NCBI GenBank assembly: GCA_964016885.1 | Contig: OZ024742.1 | Coordinates: forward strand, 235,910,001-235,974,000 | Source of the DNA: Eledone cirrhosa | Lineage: Eukaryota | Direction: 5' to 3' | Length of the DNA stretch: 64,000 nucleotides | Part shown: positions 1-13,285 of the stretch, piece after piece | How the letters are laid out: the number at the start of each line of letters is the position of its first letter | How positions within the stretch are numbered: the stretch's first letter is position 1 | Notes under the pieces: generated by a model | Databases searched by the model: none | What the model saw: only the letters and a program-made list of their open reading frames with translations | Told to the model about the DNA's origin: nothing | Made by a program: the position numbers and the translations under genes

Positions 1-387
1 GGAGAAATTAATTAAAATAACAAAATCAGAAGAATCTAGACACATATACACACGTATGACATTCGCTAATGAACCATATGTGGTCAAAGTAAGGCCACCT
101 TTACATCTGGAAAAATAAAACATAACAAGCAAAGGCTTGGTATTGTTTTGTAAGTACGGTGCATCCCTCTTGGGACTACAGACGGTCAGTAAATACCTCG
201 TACTTGATGGCTATAGCAAACTGATGGCTTTAACATAGCATGTTAGTCGGTGTATTTACAATGGTTGACAGAAAAAAATAAAGAATTGGACAAGTAAACA
301 GATTGATACAAACACACAAACATATATCTGTGTGTTTGTGTGTATGTTTGTTCACACACACACACACATACACATACATACATACAT

Positions 388-395
<8 letters not shown>

Positions 396-465
<70 letters not shown>
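396..465. repeat. (TA)n microsatellite, representative of many (TA)n/(TG)n/(CT)n tracts in 1-21.3 kb
   Basis: Directly visible dinucleotide run; these tracts generate most of the spurious YIYI/HTHT/CVCV ORFs. Confidence 0.95.
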
Positions 466-466
<1 letters not shown>

Positions 467-470
<4 letters not shown>

Positions 471-680
471 GCGGAGTGGTTAGAGAATTGGATTCGCAAT
501 CGTAAGGTTGTGAGTTCGATTGCTGGACCAGGCGATGCGCTATGTCCTTGAGCAAGACACTTTATTTCACGTTGCTCCTTCTACCTGGAGTTGCGACCGA
601 TAGATAGTATTAGCAATTGGAAAGACCAACGGAAACATTGTTCCCTCGGTCCGATTTGACTAAAGTCGATCGTTCCTAAA
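467..680 (+). mobile_element. tRNA-derived SINE with CORE-like central domain
   Basis: A-box-like GTGGCGGAGTGG, B-box-like GAGTTCGAT, then CCTTGAGCAAGACACTTTATTTCAC; related copy at ~13025. Confidence 0.7.
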
Positions 681-720
<40 letters not shown>

Positions 721-1044
721 AAACCAATTATATGATTGATAACGAACCAATGAACGAATACCGCGAAATAGCACACGTTGATGGAATGTGGTAAATATAA
801 GAAGGGATTGGGAGGTATTCACACACCACCAGAGACGAGCTTGCACGTGGAAGCATATCTGAGGATATTTCGATTTCAGAGTAAGGTTCGATCACTAATA
901 GAACGTTCCTCGAGCTGATCGACAGTGAAACATTTGTAATATGTTATGATGCAACACTGATTTTTTGTTCCTTTATTCTTATACTATTAATACTCTGCTC
1001 ACCCGACATACCGCCTACGAACGCAATTATCTTGCGCCTCTACG

Positions 1045-1089
<45 letters not shown>

Positions 1090-1151
1090 GTGGAACACTG
1101 GAAGGTAATATCCGTAGTGGCAGAGCACTCAGTCCAAGGGACGAGTTAGGT

Positions 1152-1299
1152 AGAAGTGGTTACACAACAGTTAGTTCACCATACCGAGATATGTATGGTT
1201 ATAGGAACAGTTGTTCCTATAACCATACACATCCCGAGCTGAAGATCCGCGAAGGTGAAACAATTGTTCTCGGTATGGTGAACTAACTGTTGTGTAACC

Positions 1300-1305
<6 letters not shown>
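1152..1305. repeat. Nested inverted repeat, probable Penelope-like terminal remnant
   Basis: 38-bp arms 1152-1189/1268-1305 and inner 18-bp arms 1192-1209/1212-1229 are reverse complements. Confidence 0.85.
1234..1273 (+). ncRNA. Minimal type I hammerhead ribozyme motif
   Basis: CCGAG-CTGAAGA-TCCGCGAAGGT-GAAA-CAATTG-TT-CTCGG: stem I CCGAG/CTCGG, both core boxes, palindromic stem III, GUU cleavage triplet; stem II is weak. Confidence 0.7.
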
Positions 1306-1384
<79 letters not shown>

Positions 1385-1760
1385 AATAAAGAAAGTGCCC
1401 AAGTGCAGAGATGCTATAAAGATAACTTTCTAGGGTGAACATTCTTAAAAGACGGAAAAAGAAGTTGCCATCGGCCACAAAAAGCCGAAAATTCAGCTTC
1501 ACACATTGTTCACATATAGATGTCTGTCTGTCCCTCTGCCTACCTCCTGACATCTAAAAAGCTGTTGTCCAGCTACCTAGTTAAAATGATGGGACACATT
1601 TCGTCAAAGGTTCCTTAGCTTAATAGTTAAAGCTTCTAACTGGTATTTGGAATATAAGGGAGTTCATTTCCTCATAGCGGCCGATGACAATTTCTTTTTC
1701 CGTTTTTAACGCTATTTACGCTATTTTATAAGAATAAATCTAAAAACAACAATAAATATA

Positions 1761-1926
1761 GCGTATTTCCCGGAGCCGAAGACGCTTCGTTCTCGAGGGC
1801 GCACCCTAATTTTGACAACCAAAAATTTGAAAAAATAATAAACAACCTTCGGCCTCCAGGACGCATGGTAGGTTTCTGAGACTTATTTTAGGAAAAAAGT
1901 AGCGTCTTCGGCGCCGGGAAATACGG
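1761..1926. mobile_element. Tc1/mariner-pogo-type MITE
   Basis: ~26-bp TIRs GCGTATTTCCCGGAGCCGAAGACGCT / AGCGTCTTCGGCGCCGGGAAATACGG flanked by TA on both sides. Confidence 0.8.
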
Positions 1927-2488
1927 TAAATAAAAAAAAAAGAAATTATGTAAAAATAAAGGGGGTAGGGAGGGTATAGGTCCGGGTGGTGGCATGGGTG
2001 GGATAGTGTGTGTGGGTGGGTTGAGGGGGATAAGAGGAGAGCGGGTGGAGGGGGAAGCAAAATACTCAGGTATGTGTGTATGTGTAGATGTGAGTGTGTG
2101 TGTGTGGATGTAAGTGTGTGTATCTAAAAAGAAGCGAGTGTGTATGAACGTTTGTTAAAAGTGAATACGGACGAGTGAGTGGTATGTATATGAGTGTTAT
2201 GAGTTAGTGTATAAATGTGTGACATTGTGTGTGTGTGTGTGAATGGTGAATATGCCTGTGCGTGTATATGTTCCTGTATGGGTGTTGGTGTGTATGTGTG
2301 TGTGTGGATGGGGGACTCCAGATGTAAGGACGAGCTAGAACGTGTCGAATCCGGAGACGGTGTAGGGTGAAGTGTGAGAAACAATGAATTAGTGACTATT
2401 TTATTAAATAAGAATCATGGTAATTTTACTGGATACTGTTAAAACACTTGAAATGTTCCGATGGTCACAGTTGAAAAAGACAGGAAAT

Positions 2489-2576
<88 letters not shown>

Positions 2577-2753
2577 GAAGAAGATGATCTGATCGAACCT
2601 ATATATGAGGTCTGATAGTATACAGTTATATAACTGCTATAGATCAAACAATATGTCAATATTATCAACCCTCCGAAACGATCGTAAAACAATGATATAA
2701 ATAGGTAAAATAACTCGACTTTGCTGTTATTATTTTCATTGTTAAATTAATAC

Positions 2754-2801
<48 letters not shown>

Positions 2802-3759
2802 GTATTATATATATATATATATGTGTGTGTGGGGTGGGGGTGGGGGTGTGAGTGCGTGTGTGTGTGTGCGTGTGTGTGCGTGTGTGCGTGTTTGTTTAGC
2901 TGTATGCGTGCGTCTATCTATTTATCTATATTATACATATAAATATGTGTGTGTGTGTGTGATGAGGAACACTTGTCACAAAAAAAGAATGCGGTAAGAC
3001 AACGTGGGGAAAATGAATTGTTTCGCTTTGACCTTAACCCAAAGCTGTGACAGTTGTCATTGCTCATGAAATATGATTCTTCTCGTGGTTGAAGTCATAG
3101 AATAATAGTTGGCAAGGCATTTGTAAACAATACATTCGAAAGAAAAAATATGTTGACAGGAAACGAACCACGCAATTTTGTCGGATTAAATGCCTCTATA
3201 TCAATTCCAACTCTGCTCTCAGTATCCCGTGGGGGTACTGCTTTATATTTCCTCCACTCGAGGTCGATAAGTAAAGTACATGACCCTGGAGCGGTGGAGT
3301 AGTTGGCGGGATTGTTAAAAAACGCAAGTCGGGATGCTTCTAGCTCAGTGCGTTCTAAATTCAAATCTCGCCTCTTGTTGCCAGAAAACACTTCCGTTTC
3401 TAATTTCAAAAATGGAAACACAAATGGGAGGATAGTTTCTTTGGTCTGATTTGACGATCATCATCTTTCTTTTTTTCATTATCACTTAGTCAAGTGTGAA
3501 GGCAGTGCCCGTGACCCTGTTCGATGTTTCGAAGTCTGTTGGGATAAGGTATCCACAAATCTAGCCCGAAAATGCTTGTATCAGAGTGGATGCCGTTAAC
3601 GGCACCTTAAGAGCCAGGTGGTGTTAAATCAGGCAAGAATTAAGTTCACCACTTACGTAGATTGCGGTGGGTTTTTTTTACTCATTACGCAAAGAACTAG
3701 ATAAAATACGCCAAGGCACCCCACAACGATCTAACTGTTCTGCCAATCCAGTCTACTGC

Positions 3760-4225
3760 AATAGATTGTTACTTTGTATTTCAGAGGGATCTCCTTGTTA
3801 AGCCTTCCCAGTAAAGTCAACGCTAAGTGTCTGATAAAGAGATGTAGGGATATTGTTGACGAACAGTGTACTTTTCACCCCAGACGTAGCACAGCCGACC
3901 AAATATTCGCACTACGGCAGGTCTTAGAAAAATCGTGGAAGAATTTCCAAGAGATGTATGCTTGTTTTGAAATACAACCGTTTTGAAATACAACCGTGCT
4001 TGACAGGACCAGCTGTGGAAGGTTCTGCAGGAGTATGGGATCGATCGACAGCTCCTTGCTGCCCTGATAATTTTATACGAATGCCCTAGTATTTGTGTTC
4101 AGATAAATGGTGCTAAGTCGAAACAGTTCAGTGTGGGTTTGAACTCCGCCGAGGGTGCATACTGTCACCTCTCTTGTTCATAATCTTCATGTACAGGATT
4201 GACATGCGCAGCCGAGTTGGAAGTG
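3760..4225 (+). mobile_element. RTE-clade LINE reverse transcriptase fragment (frameshifted)
   Basis: YFRGISLLSLPSKV...EQCTFHPRRSTADQIFALRQVLEKSW, followed by an LRRGCILSPLLFIIFM-like motif. Confidence 0.8.
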
Positions 4226-4578
4226 GTATAAATTACCTGCCATGTCTTCACTATATATCACCAACTCCCTATCTCATTCCCATTCTCTCTTGCCTTCCCT
4301 TTCTCACACGTCCTCCCTCACTCTCTCTTCACCTGTCGCACACCTCCATTTTCTCTCCACACAAACAGTCATATTACAAATCTATTTTCGTAAAACAAAA
4401 GTTCTTCTCTTCAATCTGCCCTTCCCTTTTGTCTCTCCCGTCTTCTCCAATCTCTCCTCCTCCACCATAGGTTCCTTCTCCACCTCCTCTTCAAATGCCG
4501 TATCATATATATCATACAGCTCATTATTCACGTGTCATTGTCGCTGCTGCGGTCAACAACAACAACAACAACAACAAC

Positions 4579-4657
<79 letters not shown>

Positions 4658-4757
4658 GTGGAGGGGGGACGACGACCCAGTGTTATCGTAGCTGCCAGGG
4701 TCAAAGATCGCCATCTTGGCAAGATAACGTTGTTGTTTTCATTTAAGATTTATATAT

Positions 4758-4822
<65 letters not shown>

Positions 4823-4863
4823 CGTGCGCGTTTGTGTGTATATATAAACAGGTACACATGCGC

Positions 4864-4888
<25 letters not shown>

Positions 4889-4894
<6 letters not shown>

Positions 4895-5201
4895 ATGAAG
4901 ACATTCACATAATCAAAATATATGTTTTATTATATATATTTCGAAGGTACTGTGCTGTTTGTTCAGTACGTCCTCGTCAGATATATACATGAATTGATGT
5001 ATGACATACCTCAATGGTCTTGATGGTTCAATTCCAGTATTGGCAGTGAGTGTGGGCGGGTTAACTGTCAAGACCGTTGAGGTATGTCATACATCAATTC
5101 ATGTATTTAATCTGACGAGGACGTACTGAAAAAACAACACAGTACCTTCGAAATATATATAATGAAAGATATATTTCAATTATGTGAATGTCTTCATTTA
5201 T
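4889..5201. repeat. Long foldback palindrome (~134-bp arms, ~45-bp spacer)
   Basis: 4889-5022 is the near-perfect reverse complement of 5068-5201; each arm contains CTGACGA...GAAA. Confidence 0.9.
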
Positions 5202-5264
5202 TAATATTTTAAATAATATATATATATATATATAATGTATGTATATATATATATATATGTAATG

Positions 5265-5305
<41 letters not shown>

Positions 5306-5326
5306 GGAAGTACATATATATATGTA

Positions 5327-5367
<41 letters not shown>

Positions 5368-5451
5368 GAATGTATGTATATATATATAAATGGTAAATGG
5401 AATAATTGCCTTATGTTACATAACTATATATATATATATATATATGAAATG

Positions 5452-5493
<42 letters not shown>

Positions 5494-5625
5494 GAATGTA
5501 TACCACTGATGAAGGACAAACTTTTTCATATGTAACCCATTTGCAACGCCGCAGCTCCATTATTATCATATATATATATATATATATATATATGTAATGT
5601 ATGTATATATATATATATGTGTGGA

Positions 5626-5703
<78 letters not shown>

Positions 5704-7119
5704 AAGTACATATATATATATATATATATATTGTAAGAAGCAAAGCGACCTACCGTTGCGTCACCACTTGTGTCCGGATTGAATCTACCTGCGTGATACT
5801 CACCTGTTTTGCGTTTGGTCAGAGAACATCGCAAAGCTGACGCCAGTTATTACAGGACGTCCACACTCTGCTGCTCCATATGGACCAAGAGAATGACTCG
5901 GCCCGCACTGCCGATGTGCCGTCACTAGCCTCTCATTTCCGGCAAGGCCTCCCCTGCACTTCCAACTCCCTAGCCACACACGCCCCCTGCTCTCAAGGAT
6001 CAATCGCCCCATCATATCATTTCATGTCAAAGTCCGTCGTCCGCTTGGGTGAGCAGCGTTCCCGTTGCGATCTCCGCAAAGTCGGGGCGCGCCGCTTTCA
6101 TTCTCTGAAGTCGGCCAAATAAACGATTCTGCGGATATCCAAGATGTCCGCAGCATTCCATCCACAGACGCGTTGTTTCGGGTATTTACAGTCGTTACTG
6201 TTCCCTTTCCCTATTAAGATGTGCAGAGCACATTTCGGGGCTTGACCCAGACTTCCTCGCCCAGTTGTTGTCCACCTTTCTCAGAATGGCCTTGAGGACC
6301 GTCGCCATGATCTTTGGTGCCGAATTCAACTAGTCAGGCTGTATGCTTATAGCTAACCTGCGGATATTGTCAACAATCTTGGAGGCCTCCATCATTTGTC
6401 TCCACTTTCTCAACGTTTACAGACATCTGTAACCTCACCGCCTGAGTGGCACGACATGTGTTCATTCAGTTCAGGCAAGTCCAGCACTGACCTTGTTCTT
6501 CGTTGGCTGCACTACTGCCATTAGCAGAAACATTCCACTCTTTATCTCCTCCTTCCAAGGTATTAATATGCCCTTCTCGATACATCTTATCTTGAATGAT
6601 ATAAAAAGCACATTTTTTTTCACGGCTTCCCCTGCCCCTGTTGCACACTCATGGCACATAGTGTTGCCATGTTACCAGATGTTAACCCGCCCACACTCAC
6701 TGTAACGCCTCATAAGCGGCCAACCCTATTCATGCCTGTTACCACATCAATTCCATTCACCATGTGGTCGATCATGATCGCCCGTTGCCTTATTTTCACT
6801 CCTCGTACCACCATCTTCACCTCACTGCTACCTCTGCATCTAATCTCCCTGGTATCGACTGCCCTTACACTACTCATCCCGCTTCACTTTTTAACCCCCT
6901 CCGGGCTCTCTAAGGTTGTTGTGCAGTCAGTGTCCACAAGGGCTTTTGACAGCTACTCCCAAATCAGAACCACCACTACGGGCAGCGAATGCAAGAGCGC
7001 CTCAGCTCATTGCCATGGGTAGCTACCGGCGCAGTATCTCCCCATTGACCGTTTCCCTGTCACAATTGTTGGCGATGTGGCCTACCCACTTACATCGGTA
7101 ACGAATTATTTTCGGCATT

Positions 7120-10100
7120 AGCTCCTTGCAGACCCTTGCCATGTGTGGACACTGTCACCTGAAGCATTGGGCATTGAATGCCCGCGGCCGAACGGGGTGC
7201 CCTGCAACAGCTCCAGATTCCGCAGTAAAGGCTCGAGAGCGAATACGCACAGAGGAGAGTGGGCATCCTTGACGGATCGATAGGGAGATCTGAAACGGTT
7301 CCGAAAGGACGCTATTAACTTTGTGACCACCGAGCAGATGCCGCTGTGCAGTGCAGCGATCCAACCTCTAAAGACAGGACCGAAGCCAGCCGCCGTAAGG
7401 ACAGGCTCCAGGTATCGATGGTCGACCCTATTGAAAGCATTTGATTGATCTAAATTGATCAGAGCCCCACCGAAACCGGGTTTACACCCTACCCTCTATA
7501 TGATGAATCACATGAGGTGGAGGTTGTCGTGTATGGACCTGGTCGGGATTGCGCAAGTTTACGCCTCCCTTACCAAATCCTCGATGACAAGCACCAATCT
7601 ATTCGCTAAAACCTTGGCCAAAAACTGTGTTGAGCAGAGTTATGGGCCTGAAAGGATCTAAAGTATCCCTCTTGTTCTCATATTTCCTCGTCAGCGTCAC
7701 CACGCCCCAGCTCACACAATACTCCCGTTCTGCTGTCAGTTGCAGTAGAGCTCTTCGAGGAGATCGGAAAACAAGTCTGGCAAGTCTACGAAAAGCTCGT
7801 AGGGCAGACCATCCAAACCGGGTGACAGCCGATTAGGGCATCCCGAATTTCGGCCGAAGTTATCGGCCTTTCGCAGCGTCCAGGATCAGCCGTCGAAGCA
7901 GGGACTGAAGTCCGCCACCGTCTCCGACCCGCTACTCCCCACGAACAGCCGAGCAAACTGATGGCGAAAGGCCTCACACATCCGCTTTGAATCATTCAGC
8001 TCGCGTCCGTCTCGGCCCGTCAAAGAGCTAATTGTGGTTTTGTAACCACGGTATGCCTCCACCACTCATGTCCATCGAACAGCTTTCATTCCCTCATTTC
8101 TTAGAGCACGCGCCTTAGCTCTGACAATGCACCCTTCGTATTTTACATTGAAGAAATGGTCTAGTGCCATTCTCGCAGCTAGCACGTCAGTGCAATGCCA
8201 TTACTAATAGCCTCATCTAACTTAGTTACTAACTTCCCATCCGTTTTATTTTTTCCTATCGCTACTTCTTTACTGAATGCTATGGATTCTACTCTAATTG
8301 CTCCCTTGAGAGCGCCCTACCACCTGTTGTTGACGATTGCTCCTGCCAACTACTGCTTAACTAATTTACTAATCCTGTCCCTGTAGACTTTACGCGCCGG
8401 GAACGACGCGTTAAGCTTCCAGTAACCGGGTCCCTGTCTACGTGTTCTATCAAGGTATACCATGCAGATCACAAAGTTGTGGTTTCAAATAGGTGACCGT
8501 ATGAAATTGTGGACACCCTATACTATCCTTATCCACTAGTCTAATTAGAAACCTAACTAAGTACGATTTAGATGTGCCTAAGCGGTTGTCCAGGTCCACA
8601 CCGGCGCATTAGGGAAATCTAGTCGGTACCTGTCAGACAGTTGAAACTGGCTGATCAGGTTTTTTAGGCTTTTGCACTCGCCACTTCTATCGACTACTCC
8701 CACACAGTCCCAGCGTGGGTCCAAGATGCCGTTCCAGTCTCCCGCTAACACTAAAGGGCAAGACCTTCCTAGAAAGGCTTCCAGGCGCCTAAAGAAGTCT
8801 AGCCATCCTGCCCCAGTCGGAGCGTAGACAGTCACCAGTCCAAGAGCACCACCTTCACTATTGTTTACATCTAGGACCACTAGCTTACTGTCCACGTCCA
8901 GGAAGATCGTCGGTACCTCGAGACCCATGCCTTTCATAAACAGCACTGCAACCCAACCTCCATTTCCAGGCTGACTAAGGGATGCGTAGATCTCAAAGTT
9001 GTCAAGAATAGGGGCTAGTGCGTGTGTATCGGAAATCCTGGTCTTGCTGACGACTGTCACATCCATGGCTAGTGACCTGAGGTCGTTGAGCAAGCGGCCT
9101 TGATTCCAGGCCGACTCCAGGCCACGAACATTTATGCATCCCGCTCTTAACATCCCTATGTTGGTCAGAAAAAAGAGAAAAGGAGGGTTACTTACCCTTC
9201 GGACGCTGCTCGAGGTCAGGTGGTTCGACCTCCATTTCTGGTTGGTGGGGTTCCTGCAGGTTGTGGGTTGTTGCTGCTGTGTGTTTTCATTTAGTTCTTG
9301 TTAGTGGTTGTGTTGTTGGTGGAGGTGGTGTTTGTGTTAACGGTCGTATTGTTGTGGGGGATGGATGTGTGTCTGTGTTTGATTCGAGTGTGCCTTCTCT
9401 GTTTGCTGTTGTTTGTGTCAGTATGTGAAATTTCTTCTTGTGTTTTGTTTTTTTGTTTTTTACGTTTTAGGGGTTCCACTGTAATAATACACTTTACACC
9501 CAAACCTGGAAGGCGATTGCCAAAACTTCACCCTATAAACCTTCCAATAAAATTTGTAACCTTTGCCTTCTTGAGTCTCATATAGTTATTTACTCTAACC
9601 TAAATTTATTAAATTTATTAAAATCCGAAATTCCACTTGCCCTCACAAAGATCTCCATTCCTTTCACTATTTTAGACCTATTAACTAGTTTATATCATAT
9701 ATATATTTTATACCTTATTATTTGCAGTACCACTAGTACCACTGTATAATAATTACTTAAATGCACCTTTAAAACCTAAATGTTATATAACATATCTAAC
9801 TACTATATAGGGTTATTCAGTTTTCACATATTCCTTCACATATTCCTATTTTGACTAATATTTTTTATAACCACTCATTTTGTTATAACAATCACATCAC
9901 ATTTAGGCACTTTGATATTTCATTGTTTCCACACCTTATTTCACAAGCCTCTCTTATCCTTACTTTTGGCAAATAATTTTATAACAACACCCACTATATA
10001 TATTAATATTAACTATTCAATACCAATAACATTAACTTATAAATATATTTATTCTTTTTTAATGCATATTTGTAAATTAAAATTTATTTTTAGGTTTTAT

Positions 10101-10330
10101 AGTTTTGCCCTAGAAATTTTCTAATTCGATCCTCATATATCTTTACATATTACATTCTTTTGTTTTTTTTATATATTCAATTTCCTTATCAACTCTCTAA
10201 TATCCAGTATTTCGTACATGTAGTAAGACGCCTCACGCCTCTTGATAGAACAACCCTAGTTATCTCCCGCTGGTTGAGAACGCGAGGAGAAAAACAGACA
10301 GCTACTGGAAAGCAGACTGATCACACGCCA
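7120..10330 (-). mobile_element. L1/Tx1-clade non-LTR retrotransposon, decayed and 3'-incomplete
   Basis: APE endonuclease ORF 8578-9153 (INVRGL, VYAP, LAGDWN, WTW); RT fragments 7120-8000 (SIRQGCPLS, DQSNAFNRVDH-like); AT-rich putative ORF1 remnant ~9450-10250; 5' boundary approximate. Confidence 0.8.
8578..9153 (-). pseudogene. LINE ORF2 apurinic-like endonuclease domain (truncated)
   Basis: 191-aa ORF with EEP/APE motifs NVRGL, YAP, GDWN and WTW, ending in a premature stop. Confidence 0.85.
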
Positions 10331-11170
10331 GAAACCAGCCTCTGTACCACACCATTGTTTGTGCTACATCAAAAATAAACATATATTTCATCTCTAATTT
10401 CTGCTGTTGAAATCATTATTATGTCACTCGTGTCTCAATAACATCTATAATCCAAACTGCTAAAAATTACCTCCCCTTTATTTTGGTTTAACCGTATTTT
10501 CAAAACATCTTTAATTTCTACGTTAAGTTATATGCTTTATACACTTGATAGTATATGACTCCTCAGTCGAACTGTATAATGCCTTAGGTGATGTGTCCTA
10601 AATACCTCACTTATATACTTGCATTTATATTGACTCTTTTCACTTTGATGGCTTGATTGTTTTATTTATGCCCCAAAACATAACCTTTTGGGACGTTTAT
10701 ACAATCGTAGTTATGGCTGAATTGTGCGTTTGGACTTATAGTCTTAAACTACTTTTATAAAGACCAGGATCATACATCTGTCTGTAATCCTATGTTGTAC
10801 TACACTTGCATCTAACCTTTTAAAATGCTTAAATCCTTAAGCTTTATTTTGAAATGCATGTTTCCTCGGTCTTCTATTACCAACTTTTTCAGCATCAATT
10901 TTGTTCCCAATTATATGTGGATTTTTACTGTACTTCATTTATTTGTAACCATATGTATTTTACTTTATTTCATCGCCTTTTATCTGCTCCTGATCTGTTA
11001 TCTACTCCTATTTTTCACATGTATTCTTCCCCAGTTGCTTGGTTACCTTTAAATATTAATGCTTACTCTTACCTTACATCTCGTAATATGTATCCTCCAA
11101 ATGTTCCTGAAGCAAAGTTTAGATCCTATATGTGTATTTAACTCTGAAAGAATCCTGCTTTGTGCTAGAT

Positions 11171-11877
11171 CAAAGGTTCTCAACGGGGGGCATATGCACC
11201 CCCGGGGGGCGTTTCGGAACTCCAGGGGGGCGTTTGGGAGTAAGGCGCGTTAGGGAGGGGGGTTAGGGGGCGCTGGAAGGCTCTTTATTTTGGTAAGTTT
11301 TATAAGCCATATCTGTATGTCTTTGAGACAGCCAGTGTGAATGCATTTGAATGAGCTTGCAGATAGCATAACTATAGTCTGACCGCAGATAGCATAACTA
11401 TAGTCTGACCGCAGGTGTGCAGGCGTGTGCGGTAATTGAGACGTTAACCGTTAATTGAGATCCTAAAAATGGAAAAACCCACAGTCAACTGGGTCAAAGA
11501 CACTTTGAGCGCAGCCAGTTAGAATCTTATCTTTCCTTCACCGATAACAATGTATTTCATGTCTGAAATTATTGACTCAACCGTAACGAGTTAACACTAT
11601 GTAGATCTATTTTATTCCCTATTGTATAAATAATATTAGAAATAAAAAAAAAAGAAAAGAAAAAACAGAAGCGAGTAGCACACACATCTAGGACCACATA
11701 CAACACATAATCAGATAATACACACATCTTTGGAATATTGTTAATCAATTTTTTAGTAATCTACTGATATAAAAATCAGTAGTATATTGAAAAATAGAAA
11801 AATAGGGGGGGGGGGGGCGTTTCGTGATTTCGAGGGACAAAAGGGGGCGTTTGGTCTAAATGGGTTGAGAATCTGTA
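11171..11877. mobile_element. Non-autonomous hAT (Charlie-like) DNA transposon
   Basis: 8-bp TSD TGCTAGAT at 11163-11170 and 11878-11885; TIRs CAAAGGTTCTCAAC / GTTGAGAATCTGTA; internal 26-bp tandem duplication at ~11359-11410. Confidence 0.85.
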
Positions 11878-12014
11878 TGCTAGATGAAACGGTCATTAGT
11901 TATTAAATGTTTGAAAGATTAAATACTCTTTGATTATTATTTCAGTGTATTTCGGCTTTTGTATTATACTTGATATATTACATCGAGCTATAATCATACT
12001 TGTAACTGAGTAAT

Positions 12015-12078
<64 letters not shown>

Positions 12079-13024
12079 CGTATTAAATTTAAGCAAAAAT
12101 CTCACTTTGAGGGGGGTATAAGTCAAATTGGCTAAAAAAAGTCAATTTCAAATTATATAATGACCCACACCATGGTTTCAAAATTTCAAGATACAGTTGT
12201 TGGAATTCCAAGACATTGAAATCATCAGGAGGACCTATTTATTTATTTATTTATTTAATCAATTTAAACATCCATAGAGAGCTCTTAAGCCATGAAAGAC
12301 TAAAGGAAGTACCCTGTACTTCTTACAGTTCAGAAACAAAACAAAAAAAACACGATATACAGAGATAAGTAAATATAAAATTAAAAATGAAAGTTAAAAA
12401 CAAACAATAAAATTCCTATTTCTTATATTTGTAAGGTCTAGTATCCAAATCAAAGTTATTTATTATTCTCTGAGAAGTAGCTATCTATTCTTAGCAGAGC
12501 ACTCTCAATATCTCTAACTCGACCCCTTTTTCTTGATTGAAACAGTTCTAGTGTTGATAAACTATCAGTAAATAGAAAGCCTTTTTCTCATGGCATTATT
12601 TTTAGCTGAATCTATGGATAATATGTGTCATAACAAGATTTAGCAAAAGGCTATTGTTATCAAAATTAGTGGTCTTTTGTCATTTTAATGTAATTCTGGG
12701 ATCGTAGAAGGACACCTGTTCTCTCGCCTATGACATGCAAACAGATTAGTGTGTGTGGGTGTGTGTCTATGTATGGCTGTGTGTGTGTCTCTCTGTGTAC
12801 ATACACACACACATACACACACATGCATATGTATATATATTTATGTATGTGCGTGTGTTTTATTTATTATAGCTGTGAAGCCATGCTCGTGACACAAAGG
12901 CCTGGAGTTTGTGCCTAAGTTAAGTCTATGTGTGGATCTACATGTGCGTGTGTTTGCGTGTGTGCGTATAAGTGTGTACGTAAGCGCATATTCGTGAGTG
13001 TGTACATGCACTTACATAAAATGT

Positions 13025-13285
13025 AGGCGCATAGCTTAATGGTTATGGTGTTCAGCTCACGATCGTATGGTCGTGAGGTCGTGAGTCCGATTTCCGGCGC
13101 CACGTTGCCCTTTAGCAAGACACTTTATTTCACCTGGCTCAAGTGGAAAACATGAATTGTACCTGAGAATTATGTTAAGGATACGTGTGTGTGCCTTTCG
13201 AATGCTCAATCACCTGCATATTAATTTCATGAGCAGGTTGTTCAATAGATCAAGCAACCAGAACCCTCATCATGGAAACTGACGT
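13025..13285 (+). mobile_element. tRNA-derived SINE, same family as 467-680
   Basis: GGCGCATAGCTTAATGGTT...GAGTCCGATTTCCGG...TAGCAAGACACTTTATTTCAC. Confidence 0.65.

Noticed and set aside
467-540. SINE heads as tRNA genes
   Set aside because: A and B boxes are present but there is no complete cloverleaf, and they continue into SINE body sequence
2574-2612. Hammerhead-like CCGAAGA...GAAC...GTC
   Set aside because: Both core boxes deviate and no stem I could be formed
230-5840. Many ORFs rich in YI, HT and CV
   Set aside because: Translations of (TA)n, (CA)n and (TG)n microsatellites with no coding signal
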